IMG/VR virus record: IMGVR_UViG_2724679538_000001
Origin: a virus
Lineage: Duplodnaviria > Heunggongvirae > Uroviricota > Caudoviricetes
DNA: 14,452 nt
Strand: one strand, 5' to 3'
The position numbers and the translations under genes are program-made. Below the pieces are notes generated by a model that saw only the letters and a program-made list of their open reading frames with translations, made no database searches and had not been told where the DNA came from. Shown piece by piece: positions 1-8,128 of the stretch (positions are counted from its first letter, which is position 1; the number at the start of each line of letters is the position of its first letter).

Positions 1-440
1 CTTACCGCGCTCAGTTCGCTGCACTGCTCAATGCGCCAGCGGCTGATCACCTCCTGCTCCGGATCGGCGTCGCTGTTTCCGTTGACGAAGTTCACCGCAT
101 CCAGAAAACGGGCGTAAACCTTACGCCGGACCACCGTTCCGCCGACCAGACTCTGCAAATCCTCCGCCATACCGGTGACCATGCCGTACAGGTTAGAAAC
201 CGTCAGCGTGGGGCGCGTACTGGTGCCTTTGCCATTCAGTTCAAAACCACTCCCCTGAATGGGATACGCCTGATACTGCCGCCCCTGCCAGGTGACCGGC
301 TCACCTTTTTCGTTCTGCTCATTACAGAAAAAATAACGTTCTCCACCGACCTCTGTCAGGTCGATTTCCCAGAGCACCACGCTGGCCGACTGCTCCGCAC
401 GGGTGCATTCATTCAGTGTTTCCTGCCGGATATCCTGCAT
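1..440 (-). CDS. L: Minor tail protein L, N-terminal 146 codons only; the 3' end lies beyond the window start
   Basis: Reverse-strand translation from the ATG at 440..438 reads MQDIRQETLNECTRAEQSASVVLWEIDLTEVGGERYFFCNEQNEKGEPVTWQGRQYQ..., which matches lambda gpL as recalled. The start overlaps the M stop (TGATG), as in lambda. Confidence 0.9.
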   Translation of the reverse strand, partial: MQDIRQETLNECTRAEQSASVVLWEIDLTEVGGERYFFCNEQNEKGEPVTWQGRQYQAYPIQGSGFELNGKGTSTRPTLTVSNLYGMVTGMAEDLQSLVGGTVVRRKVYARFLDAVNFVNGNSDADPEQEVISRWRIEQCSELSAV

Positions 441-769
441 CAGTTCACCACCTGTTCAAACTCTGCGCTGAACTCAACACGCAGCATACTGACCCGCGAC
501 GACCATTTTGCGCAGGTCACCTTTATCTGCCGCCACTCATAAGGCGGCGTCCACAGAAAGGATTTCCAGCCACCGTGCTCAGCCAGAAACGACTCCAGCG
601 CCGTGGCCTCCCAACGGGGAACAGAAAGCGTCACGCTGTACGTTTTCAGGTCGGCATTCAGCCCGGCAGGCGCTCGCTGGGAATAGCCATCACCAAAGCG
701 CACCTTTCTTACGGAAGGGGCCGAAGCCACATCCATACCGGGTTTCACTTTCCAGCGGAAGGTTTTCAT
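440..769 (-). CDS. M: Minor tail protein M (109 aa)
   Basis: ORF track 440..769 (-), 109 aa, the same length as lambda gpM. Its ATG overlaps the H stop (ATGA at 766..769). It sits between H and L as in lambda. Confidence 0.9.
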   Translation of the reverse strand: MKTFRWKVKPGMDVASAPSVRKVRFGDGYSQRAPAGLNADLKTYSVTLSVPRWEATALESFLAEHGGWKSFLWTPPYEWRQIKVTCAKWSSRVSMLRVEFSAEFEQVVN

Positions 770-3327
770 CGTCCACCTCCGGAGAACAGACCACCATCGC
801 GCATCTGTGCCTGGATTTCATCACGGGCACCCTTGCGGGCCATGTCATACACCGCCTTCATCATCTGTGGACCTGGCAGACCATTCGTACCGTCGTTCTG
901 AATCACCACGTTGTTGTTCTGCTCAAATCTGATACCCTCTGAACGCCGCATTTGCGCCGGACTTCCGGTGCCACCGACATAACCGCCGGTGGCATAGCCG
1001 CGCATCAGCCGGTAGAGATTCCCCACGCCAATCCGGCTGGTTGCCTCCTTAGTGAAGACAAATTCACCACGGTGAACAATCCCCGCTGGCTCATATTTGC
1101 CGCCGGTTCCCGTAAATCCTCCGGTCGCAAAATGGAATTTCGCCGCAGCTGCCTGAATGGCTGTACCGCCTGACGCTGATGCGCCGCCACCAACAGCCCC
1201 GCCAATGGCGCTGCCGATACTCCCGACAATCCCCACCATTGCCTGCTTAAGCAGAATTTCTGTCATCATGGACAGCACGGAGCGGGTGAAGCTGCGCCAG
1301 TTCTGTTCACTGCCGGTCAGCATCGCCGCCATATTCTGCGCAATACCATCAAAGGTCTGCGTGGCTGCACTTTTAACCTGCGACATACTGTCCGTGGCGC
1401 TCTCTTCCCACTCACTCCAGCCGGACTTGAGGCCTGCCATCCAGCTCCCGCGAAGCTGGTCTTCAGCCGCCCAGGTCTTTTTCTGCTCTGACATGACGTT
1501 ATTCAGCGCCAGCGAATTATCGCCATACTGTTCCTTCAGGCGCTGTTCTGTGGCTTCCCGCGCTGCCTGCCGGTCAGTAAGCCCCCGGTTTTTCGCCTCA
1601 ATGGCTGCCCGTTTTGCCCGTTGCTGCTGTGCGAATTTATCCGCCTGCTGCGCCAGCGCATTCAGGTGCTCCTGATACGTAACCTTGTCGCCCAGTGCAG
1701 CCAGCTGACGTTTGTACTCCAGCGTCTCGTCTTTATGCGCCAGCAGGGATTTCTCCTGTGCGGACAGCTGGCGACGTTGTGCCGCCGCCTCCAGTACCGC
1801 AAACTGACTTTCCGCCTTCCACAAATCCCGGCGCTGCTGGCTGATTTTCTCATTCGCTCCGGTATGCTTTTCCAGTGTCCGGAGTTCTGCCTGAAGCGCC
1901 AGCAGGGCAGCATGAGCACCATCTTCCTGACGATCGCCCGCAGACACCTTCACGCCGGACTGTTTCGGCTTTTTCAGCGTCGCTTCATAGTCCTTTTTCG
2001 CTGCCGCCATCAGCGTGTTGTAATCTGCCTGCAGGATTTTTCCGTCCTTCAGTGCCTTGTTCAGTTCTTCCTGACGGGCGGTATATTTCTCCAGCGGCGT
2101 CTGCAGCCGTTCGTAAGCTTTCTGCGCCTCTTCGGTATATTTCAGCCGTGACGCTTCGGTATCGCTCTGCTGCTGCGCATTTTTGTCCTGTTGAGTCTGC
2201 TGTTCAGCCTTCTTTCTGGCGGCTTCAAGCGCAAGACGGGCCTTTTCACGATCATCCCAGTAACGCGCCCGCGCTTCATCGTTAACAAAATAATCATCCT
2301 TGCGCAGACTCCAGATGTCGTCCGCTTTCTTAAACGCAGCCTCTGCCTTAATTAGCATCTCCTGAGCGGTATCAGGACGACCAATATCCAGCACCGAATC
2401 CCACATGGATTTGAATGCCCGTGCTGTCCTGTCTGCCCAGGTCTCCAGCGTGCCCATGTTCTCTTTCAGGCGGCGGGTCTGGTCATCAAACCCTTTCGTT
2501 GCGGCCTCGTTCGCCGCCTGCAATGCCCCGGCTTCATCTCCGGAACGCTGCAACTGAGCAACATACGCAATCTGCTCCGCCGTCACGTTATGGAACTGAC
2601 GTGCCATCGCTGTCAGTCCCGACGTCGGGTCTGTGGTCAGCTTCCCGAAGGCTTCAGCGACCTTGTCCACCTCCACGCCGGATGCAGAGGAGAAACGCGC
2701 CACACTCTGGCTGATCGCCTCAAACTGCTCACCACCACGCACACCGGCATTCACCAGCGCCGTCAGTGACTCGCTGGTCTGGTTAAACGTCAGCCCTGCC
2801 GCCTGCCCGGCTCTGGACAGGGCCAGAATACGATCTGCCGTCAGTCCCGCCTGATTGCCGGAAAGGACCAGCGTTTTGTTGAAATCGGACAGGGTTGAGT
2901 TGCCCTGATACCAGGCATACGCCAGCGCACCGGTCGCCACCGCCAGCGAGGTGGCCCCTACCATCGGCAGGGTGATCGCACCGGCAAGCCCCCTGAACAT
3001 GGGGATCATCCCGCCGAAGGAGTCCTTAACCTGACCACCCTGTTGCAGCAGGATCAGCCACGGACTTTGCCCGCCTGCAAGCTGCGTGGCCACGTCGGTG
3101 AACTGTGCAGGCAGCATACGCATGGCGGCTTTATACTGCCCGACGGAAATCCCCGCTTTCTGTGCAGCCAGCGCCTGTCGGCTCAGCGACTGTTCAACGA
3201 TTGTCGCTGTTTTTTTCGCATCACTTTCCGTACCGGAAAAATGACGCCTGACTCTGGCCATCTGCTCGTCAAACCTGGCCGCATCCAGACTTAAATCAAC
3301 GACCAGATCGCCTACCGGTTCAGCCAT
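766..3327 (-). CDS. H: Tail tape measure protein H (853 aa)
   Basis: ORF 766..3327 (-), 853 aa, exactly the lambda gpH length. It has a coiled-coil, Ala/Gln/Lys-rich middle and a Gly-rich C-terminal region. A strong SD (GGAGGAG) precedes the ATG at 3327, and the start overlaps the T-frame stop by 8 nt as in lambda. Confidence 0.95.
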   Translation of the reverse strand: MAEPVGDLVVDLSLDAARFDEQMARVRRHFSGTESDAKKTATIVEQSLSRQALAAQKAGISVGQYKAAMRMLPAQFTDVATQLAGGQSPWLILLQQGGQVKDSFGGMIPMFRGLAGAITLPMVGATSLAVATGALAYAWYQGNSTLSDFNKTLVLSGNQAGLTADRILALSRAGQAAGLTFNQTSESLTALVNAGVRGGEQFEAISQSVARFSSASGVEVDKVAEAFGKLTTDPTSGLTAMARQFHNVTAEQIAYVAQLQRSGDEAGALQAANEAATKGFDDQTRRLKENMGTLETWADRTARAFKSMWDSVLDIGRPDTAQEMLIKAEAAFKKADDIWSLRKDDYFVNDEARARYWDDREKARLALEAARKKAEQQTQQDKNAQQQSDTEASRLKYTEEAQKAYERLQTPLEKYTARQEELNKALKDGKILQADYNTLMAAAKKDYEATLKKPKQSGVKVSAGDRQEDGAHAALLALQAELRTLEKHTGANEKISQQRRDLWKAESQFAVLEAAAQRRQLSAQEKSLLAHKDETLEYKRQLAALGDKVTYQEHLNALAQQADKFAQQQRAKRAAIEAKNRGLTDRQAAREATEQRLKEQYGDNSLALNNVMSEQKKTWAAEDQLRGSWMAGLKSGWSEWEESATDSMSQVKSAATQTFDGIAQNMAAMLTGSEQNWRSFTRSVLSMMTEILLKQAMVGIVGSIGSAIGGAVGGGASASGGTAIQAAAAKFHFATGGFTGTGGKYEPAGIVHRGEFVFTKEATSRIGVGNLYRLMRGYATGGYVGGTGSPAQMRRSEGIRFEQNNNVVIQNDGTNGLPGPQMMKAVYDMARKGARDEIQAQMRDGGLFSGGGR

Positions 3328-4158
3328 ACCGGACTCCTCCTGCGATCCCTTCTGAGACTGTCATCAGCATTACGTCATCCTCTGTCATATCCACCACATC
3401 CGGGGAAACGGTGATAACCTCATTCCCGTCCGGGCCAAAGCGGACGCCTCCGGCAAGCCCTGCCGCTTTCTGCATCAGCACATCATCTTCAGGCTCTTCG
3501 TCAGCCTCGCGCCGGTTCAGCAGACTGAAATCCAGCGGATGCATATCCGGATCGCTGAAAAACAGGCTGAGCACGGTATATGTCAGCCCGGAAAAGTGCA
3601 TATCCAGCAGAACATCATGAAAATAATGGGTACTGTAAAAGCGGTGCCAGTCGGCATACTCCGTGGATGACATCCCGGCAAGCATGGCGCGCCAGTCGGG
3701 TCGCCCCATCTCACGCGCCAGTTTCAGGGCAAAACTCAGCTCACCGTCGAACACTTTCCCGCAGAAACAGGCTCTGCTGGCCCGGCGTCATCTGCCTGTT
3801 CAGGTGCATCATTCACAACAAACTCAGACATACCGGACAGACGCATTACCACATTTTCAGCCTGAGCAATTGCCTCTGTGGGCCAGGTGGTAAGCACTTC
3901 CTGCTCAATTTGTTTAACGGCTTCATTCATGGACGGCATCTTTGTCTTCTGCGGATGGTTATGCCACAGGGACATCGCCACCAGAAAAGCACCGGTTCTG
4001 ACGAGATCTTCCACGCTCACCTGTCGATTGAGACTGGATCCCGCCTGTTCTGCCTGTCGTTTCAGCAGGGCGAGATGCTCAATTCGCTGCAGGGCTGACA
4101 GTTCAGAAAGCGTGACGCTCACACCGTTATATTCAAATGATTCGGTTTTCAGGAACAT
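3320..4158 (-). CDS. G-T: Tail assembly chaperone G-T fusion, made by a programmed -1 ribosomal frameshift at 3754..3760
   Basis: The T reading frame (ORF track 3320..3754) has no independent start context. It becomes continuous with G after a -1 slip at the heptamer GGGAAAG (minus strand), giving ...GKVFDGELSFALK.... This is the canonical lambda G/GT arrangement. Confidence 0.85.
3736..4158 (-). CDS. G: Tail assembly chaperone G (140 aa)
   Basis: ORF 3736..4158 (-), 140 aa (MFLKTESFEYNGV...GKCSTVS), the same length as lambda gpG. SD GGAGAG lies about 7 nt upstream of the ATG at 4158. Confidence 0.92.
   Translation of the reverse strand: MFLKTESFEYNGVSVTLSELSALQRIEHLALLKRQAEQAGSSLNRQVSVEDLVRTGAFLVAMSLWHNHPQKTKMPSMNEAVKQIEQEVLTTWPTEAIAQAENVVMRLSGMSEFVVNDAPEQADDAGPAEPVSAGKCSTVS
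3754..3760 (-). promoter_or_regulatory. Slippery heptanucleotide G GGA AAG for the programmed -1 frameshift (G to G-T)
   Basis: The minus strand reads GCG GGA AAG TGT TCG ACG GTG AGC TGA in the G frame. The X XXY YYZ motif GGGAAAG lies 8 codons before the G stop, and the -1 frame stays open for a further 144 codons. Confidence 0.85.
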
Positions 4159-4173
4159 CGCTGACTCTCCGGA

Positions 4174-4914
4174 TTAACTGTCGGTGACGGTGATTTCTGC
4201 AACCACAGCAAGTTCACCATTACCGGATACAACCGGAATGTTGACCTTGCCTGCAGCAACACCTTTCACGGTGATGGTCATACCACTGACCGACACGGTG
4301 GCTTTTGTTTTATCCGCAGACACCGCACGGAAGCTCTTGTCGGTTGCGCCTTCCGGCTGGAATGCCACGGTCAGCGTGGTGCTCTGCCCTTTCACCACCG
4401 AAGTGCTGGCAGGCGTCACGGTCATGCCGGTTGCCGCTGTTACCGTGCTGCGATCTTCTGCCATCGACGGACGTCCCACGTTGGTGACTTTCACCGTGCG
4501 GGTGATCACTTCCTTCGCCGTCACCGCCTTACCGATACTGCTGACCCAGCCGCGGAACACATCGACCGTGCCGTTCGGGAAGCGGATTTTATAGGCACGG
4601 GTATCCCCTTCATTAAACCACGCCAGCAGCGCCTGCTGCCCCTGCTCTCCGGGCATCCACGCCAGCGTGAAGCTGGTATCTCCGGCAGATTTCTGCCCCT
4701 GCCCGGTCGCAGTCCAGTCCGCATCTTCATCATCGAGATAGCTGTCGTCATAGGACTCAGCGGTCAGTTCGCCGGGCGTCAGGTCTTTAACTTTAGCCAG
4801 ACGCGACCAGTCAACGTCTGAAAGCGGGTTCGCATAAGGGTCACCGTTCCCCTTATAAACCCACAGTGTGGTCCCGGCACCTTTCACCGGCATTGTTGGA
4901 TTTGGTACAGGCAT
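4174..4914 (-). CDS. V: Major tail tube protein V (246 aa) with a C-terminal Ig-like domain
   Basis: The ORF track gives 4174..4944 (256 aa), but the lambda-equivalent start is the internal ATG at 4914 ([22 protein letters not shown]...), preceded by GAGGA. That yields 246 aa, as in lambda gpV. The first ten codons of the track ORF overlap the U 3' end and are treated as an artefactual extension. Confidence 0.9.
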   Translation of the reverse strand: MPVPNPTMPVKGAGTTLWVYKGNGDPYANPLSDVDWSRLAKVKDLTPGELTAESYDDSYLDDEDADWTATGQGQKSAGDTSFTLAWMPGEQGQQALLAWFNEGDTRAYKIRFPNGTVDVFRGWVSSIGKAVTAKEVITRTVKVTNVGRPSMAEDRSTVTAATGMTVTPASTSVVKGQSTTLTVAFQPEGATDKSFRAVSADKTKATVSVSGMTITVKGVAAGKVNIPVVSGNGELAVVAEITVTDS

Positions 4915-4921
4915 AGCGTCC

Positions 4922-5317
4922 TCACATTTCATAGGTAATGACATAAGTCAGATCAGCTGAACTCCACAGGCCCGCATCATCATCGCGCCGGTAGTCATAA
5001 CCGCTGGCCACCATACTGGTAATCAAATCTGACAGTGCCGGGATATCGCTCATCACCGGATAAATCCGGGACTCCATCCACGCATCCAGCTCTGAATCCT
5101 GCACCTGAGCAGGCAGGAAAACTTCAATATGCAGCTCTGCCTGCCAGGTATCGCTGTCCAGCTCTTCGCCCGTGTATTCAGCGCCGGTGAGATAAACGGC
5201 AACTGCCGGAAAATCCGCCTCATCAAAAACAGCGGGGCGACCATCAAAAAGCGTCGCCCCGGTGTCATGCTTCTCCAGTGCATCCAGTACGGCTGCACGG
5301 AGTTCAGTATGTTTCAT
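4922..5317 (-). CDS. U: Tail terminator protein U (131 aa)
   Basis: ORF 4922..5317 (-), 131 aa, the lambda gpU length. Its ATG overlaps the Z stop (ATGA). Confidence 0.9.
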   Translation of the reverse strand: MKHTELRAAVLDALEKHDTGATLFDGRPAVFDEADFPAVAVYLTGAEYTGEELDSDTWQAELHIEVFLPAQVQDSELDAWMESRIYPVMSDIPALSDLITSMVASGYDYRRDDDAGLWSSADLTYVITYEM

Positions 5318-5892
5318 CGCTTTATTACCATTCTCAGTTGATGCTGCAGCGCATAGCCCAGCTCTTTCGGAAGACGTTCACGCCGTATCCGCTCAATATT
5401 CTGTTTAAACGCCGTGGTCAGCGGCACCGCCATCGGGATTTTCACCACATCAATGGGGTAACGGTTTTTTCCGGCCACACGCTGCATAACATGCCACCGG
5501 CCATTTTTCAGTTGCTGAATAAACGCGCCGGGAATACGACGATTGCCCACCACAAGCACGCTGCCGCCACCTTTCAGGGATGAACGCTGCCCCTTTTTGC
5601 GTCGCCTGCGTCGGGACAGGACAACCCGCGCATTACCCAGCTTGATTACGGGCAAATCCCCCCGGTTAACTTTGATTCTGGCCTGCGGATTTTTGACCGT
5701 GGCCCTTTTCAGTCTGGCCCTTTCCTTTACCAGTTTCCGGCGTACCTTTGTCTCACGGGCAACCTGTGACGCCGACTGCGATATCGCGGATGAAGCAACG
5801 CGGTTAATGGCCATTGCGGTGGCACCGGGCACCGCCGTTTTGCTGATACGGCTGAGATTTTCAACGGCCTGCTCAAGACCTTTTATGGCCAT
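5314..5892 (-). CDS. Z: Tail completion protein Z (192 aa)
   Basis: ORF 5314..5892 (-), 192 aa, the lambda gpZ length. SD AGGGGGA lies upstream of the ATG at 5892. Confidence 0.9.
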   Translation of the reverse strand: MAIKGLEQAVENLSRISKTAVPGATAMAINRVASSAISQSASQVARETKVRRKLVKERARLKRATVKNPQARIKVNRGDLPVIKLGNARVVLSRRRRRKKGQRSSLKGGGSVLVVGNRRIPGAFIQQLKNGRWHVMQRVAGKNRYPIDVVKIPMAVPLTTAFKQNIERIRRERLPKELGYALQHQLRMVIKR

Positions 5893-5903
5893 ACATCCCC
5901 CTT

Positions 5904-6257
5904 TCAGCGGCGACGGTTAACGGCAGGCGGTACGCCCCGCCCAAGCCAGAGATGACAGCTTCCGCCATCATCCGGCGAAATCCGGTCTATCCAGAAGTTT
6001 TCCTCACCGATGGTCAGCGTGTCGCCGCGCCGCAGCTGCCGCACATCATCAGTCCGGACAAACAGGGACGGGCTGGAGCCTTCAACGCGCACGCCCTGTC
6101 CGGCATAGCTGATATTTTCAGGGTCATCAAAAACACCACGTATCACAGCACCGGACTGCTCACCGGATGTCATGGTGGCTGACGTTCCCATGTACCCGCG
6201 TATCGTTTCATCGGCGCGGGCAATGGCAGCATCGAACAGGTTATCGAAATCAGCCAC
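5904..6257 (-). CDS. FII: Head-tail connector protein FII (117 aa), GTG start
   Basis: ORF 5904..6257 (-), 117 aa (MADFDNLFDAAIARADETIRGY...), matching lambda gpFII in length and sequence. The initiator codon on the minus strand is GTG, preceded by GGGAGG. Confidence 0.9.
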   Translation of the reverse strand: MADFDNLFDAAIARADETIRGYMGTSATMTSGEQSGAVIRGVFDDPENISYAGQGVRVEGSSPSLFVRTDDVRQLRRGDTLTIGEENFWIDRISPDDGGSCHLWLGRGVPPAVNRRR

Positions 6258-6268
6258 AGCGCCTCCCG

Positions 6269-6664
6269 TTATTGCATTCTGGCCAGGCCGCGCTCTGTCA
6301 TTTCAGCTGACACACCGGCAGAGACACGGAACGCCGTTCCCGGCAGCACAAATGCCACAGCCTCATCCCGCGTGGCGTGAAGTGCATCAGTATGCAGCGT
6401 CACCAGTGCCACAACCGTGACCAGATCAGCCGTATCAGTCACGGTATCCGGCTGCGCTGATACAACCTCATTTTCATGCCCGGTCAGCGCATTTTCCGGG
6501 CTGACAGGCGTGTCCTGGCCGGAAGTGTCATCCGAGTCATCAAGCTCCTCTTCCAGCTCTGCCACACGGAGCGCCAGTTCTTCCTTCGTCCCCGTCAGGC
6601 TGACATCACGGTTCAGTTGCTCACCCAGCACCTGAAGACGGGCAATCAGTTCATCTTTCGTCAT
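6269..6664 (-). CDS. FI: DNA packaging and head assembly protein FI (131 aa)
   Basis: The track ORF 6269..6703 (144 aa) is over-extended. The lambda-equivalent start is the ATG at 6664 (MTKDELIARL...) with SD GGAGGAG 6 nt upstream. The product is one codon shorter than lambda gpFI by coordinate arithmetic, with an acidic Ser/Asp/Thr-rich central linker. Confidence 0.85.
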   Translation of the reverse strand: MTKDELIARLQVLGEQLNRDVSLTGTKEELALRVAELEEELDDSDDTSGQDTPVSPENALTGHENEVVSAQPDTVTDTADLVTVVALVTLHTDALHATRDEAVAFVLPGTAFRVSAGVSAEMTERGLARMQ

Positions 6665-6675
6665 GGACTCCTCCA

Positions 6676-6701
6676 CAGAGAGAAAATGGCCCCGAAGGGC
6701 C
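6676..6701 (-). terminator. GC stem with UUCG tetraloop (GGCCC-UUCG-GGGCC) followed by a U-rich tract, between the E stop and the FI start
   Basis: Plus strand 6688..6701 is ggccccgaagggcc; on the minus-strand transcript this is GGCCCUUCGGGGCC followed by AUUUUCUCUC. It lies entirely between the E stop (6706) and the FI start (6664). Its function as a partial terminator or mRNA stabiliser is inferred. Confidence 0.4.
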
Positions 6702-6705
6702 ATGA

Positions 6706-7731
6706 TTACGCCAGTTGTACGGACACGAACGCATCAGGGTCAACCAGCAGCATCAGCGGTGCTGACTGAATCATGGTGAACTCACGCGCCGGATCGCCGG
6801 TGGTCACCCAGTTTTTCGGGTAGCGGGCAGAGGCGTTAATACCTTCGCGCTGTGCGTCCGCATCCTGAATGCAGCCATAGGTGCGCAGACCGCGTGCCTG
6901 AGTGTTCCCCAGCACCATCGTGTTGTCCGGAAGGAAGTTCTTTTTGACGTCGTTTTCCACGTACTGTCCAGAATACACGACGATCGCCGTATCGCCATAC
7001 ATCCCCTTATAGGACACCGCTTCGCCCAGGTCTTTTACCGCTGTCTCCAGCTCGGAATTAGAGCCGCGACGGGTATCCAGCTTCTCCTTGACGGCTTTGA
7101 AGGAACGGAACAGCGCCCAGCCTTTCGGATCAAACACGATGATATTCACCACACCGCTGGCGTTCAGCGCATAGGCTTCGATATCGTCGGTCGGATCATA
7201 CGTGGACTTGTCACGCTTGCTCCACTCCGTGCCGCCAGACTGCGTGATGTTATTCGCCGCACTGCGGCCCATATCCACCTCAACCGGATCGAAGGCTTCA
7301 CCGGTCATGGTGTATTTGCCCTTAAGCACAGCAGAAACTGCCTGCATCTCTTCGACCTGAGCAATGGCCAGCTCTTCGTCACGCATGTTCTGCATGATGA
7401 TGCGACGGCGGCGGTAAGCCGGGTCCGCCAGATTCTGCGGATCTTCATCCGGCAGGCGACGCAGGGTCATCTGCGGATTCACCTCATGCTTCGGCTTGAC
7501 ATACCCCGGCGTAAATTCAGAAGTGGAGCCGCCACGGGAACGGATAACCTCACCGGAAACAATTGGCGAAACGTACAGCGCCATGTTTACCAGTCCAGGA
7601 ATTTGTGAGAGATAGACTTTCTCCGTGGTGAAGGGATAGCTCTCACGGAAAAAGAGACGCAGAAACAGCGGATCAAACTTAAATTTCTTCTCATTTGCCG
7701 CCAGCAGCTGGGCGGTTGTGTACATCGACAT
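6706..7731 (-). CDS. E: Major capsid protein E (341 aa)
   Basis: The track ORF 6706..7758 (350 aa) starts at an upstream in-frame codon. The lambda-equivalent ATG is at 7731 (MSMYTTAQLLAANE...), giving 341 aa as in lambda gpE. The sequence is near-identical to lambda gpE as recalled. Confidence 0.93.
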   Translation of the reverse strand: MSMYTTAQLLAANEKKFKFDPLFLRLFFRESYPFTTEKVYLSQIPGLVNMALYVSPIVSGEVIRSRGGSTSEFTPGYVKPKHEVNPQMTLRRLPDEDPQNLADPAYRRRRIIMQNMRDEELAIAQVEEMQAVSAVLKGKYTMTGEAFDPVEVDMGRSAANNITQSGGTEWSKRDKSTYDPTDDIEAYALNASGVVNIIVFDPKGWALFRSFKAVKEKLDTRRGSNSELETAVKDLGEAVSYKGMYGDTAIVVYSGQYVENDVKKNFLPDNTMVLGNTQARGLRTYGCIQDADAQREGINASARYPKNWVTTGDPAREFTMIQSAPLMLLVDPDAFVSVQLA

Positions 7732-7744
7732 AAAAAAATCCCGT

Positions 7745-7765
7745 AAAAAAAGCCGCACAGGCGGC
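7745..7765 (-). terminator. Intrinsic-terminator-like hairpin (GCCGC-CUGU-GCGGC) followed by U7, in the D-E intergenic region
   Basis: On the minus strand: AAAGGCCGCCUGUGCGGCUUUUUUUACGGGAUUUUUUUAUG. It lies after the D stop (7787) and before the E ATG (7731). The same arrangement is recalled for lambda. Whether it terminates, attenuates or stabilises the upstream message cannot be told from sequence. Confidence 0.45.
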
Positions 7766-7786
7766 CTTTAGTGATGAAGGGTCAGG

Positions 7787-8119
7787 TTAAACGATGCTGA
7801 TTGCCGTTCCGGCAAACGCGGTCCGTTTTTTCGTCTCGTCGCTGGCAGCCTCCGGCCAGAGCACATCCTCATAACGGAACGTGCCGGACTTGTAGAACGT
7901 CAGCGTGGTGCTGGTCTGGTCAGCAGCAACCGCCAGAATGCCAACGGCAGCACCGTCGGTGGTGCCATCCCACGCAACCAGCTTACGGGTGGCGGTGTCC
8001 GACATCAGCGGGGTCATTGCAGGCGCTTTCGCACTCAATCCGCCAGGCGCGGTTGCAGTATGAGCCGGGTCACTGTTGCCCAGCGGCTGGTAATGGGTAA
8101 AGGTTTCTTTGCTCATCAT
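7787..8119 (-). CDS. D: Head decoration protein D (110 aa)
   Basis: The track ORF is 7787..8125 (MFMMSKETF...). The first ATG directly abuts the SD (no spacer), so the third ATG at 8119 is the lambda-equivalent start, 9 nt after the C stop. That gives 110 aa ([27 protein letters not shown]...), matching lambda gpD. Confidence 0.88.
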   Translation of the reverse strand: MMSKETFTHYQPLGNSDPAHTATAPGGLSAKAPAMTPLMSDTATRKLVAWDGTTDGAAVGILAVAADQTSTTLTFYKSGTFRYEDVLWPEAASDETKKRTAFAGTAISIV

Positions 8120-8128
8120 AAACATCCC

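Noticed and set aside
416-942. Plus-strand ORFs 416..901 (161 aa) and 508..942 (144 aa)
   Set aside because: They are antisense to the lambda-like L, M and H genes, Pro/Arg-rich and low in complexity as expected for spurious frames in GC-rich coding DNA, with no RBS context.
952-3294. Plus-strand ORFs at 952..1173, 1157..1675, 1621..2151, 1875..2285, 2415..2714, 2633..2854 and 3043..3294, and minus-strand alternate-frame ORFs at 1005..1229 and 1662..1922
   Set aside because: All lie inside the 853-aa tape measure gene H, antisense or in an alternate frame. H is full length and collinear with lambda, so these are frame artefacts.
3320-3754. T frame as an independent gene starting at the GTG at 3754
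   Set aside because: That GTG lies inside the slippery heptamer with no SD. The frame is reached by the -1 frameshift from G, so it is annotated as the G-T fusion instead.
3411-4594. Plus-strand ORFs antisense to T, G and V (3411..3620, 3580..4098, 3663..3893, 3878..4177, 4184..4594, 4305..4487) and minus-strand ORF 4521..4751 nested in V
   Set aside because: They overlap well-supported tail genes in other frames, have Cys/Arg/Ser-rich compositions typical of antisense translation, and lack start context.
5053-6635. ORFs 5053..5298 (-), 5129..5341 (+), 5278..5583 (+), 5543..5920 (+), 5952..6182 (+), 6172..6420 (+), 6417..6635 (+) and 6476..6769 (+)
   Set aside because: They are nested in or antisense to U, Z, FII and FI. 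The real genes fill this interval with only short intergenic gaps.
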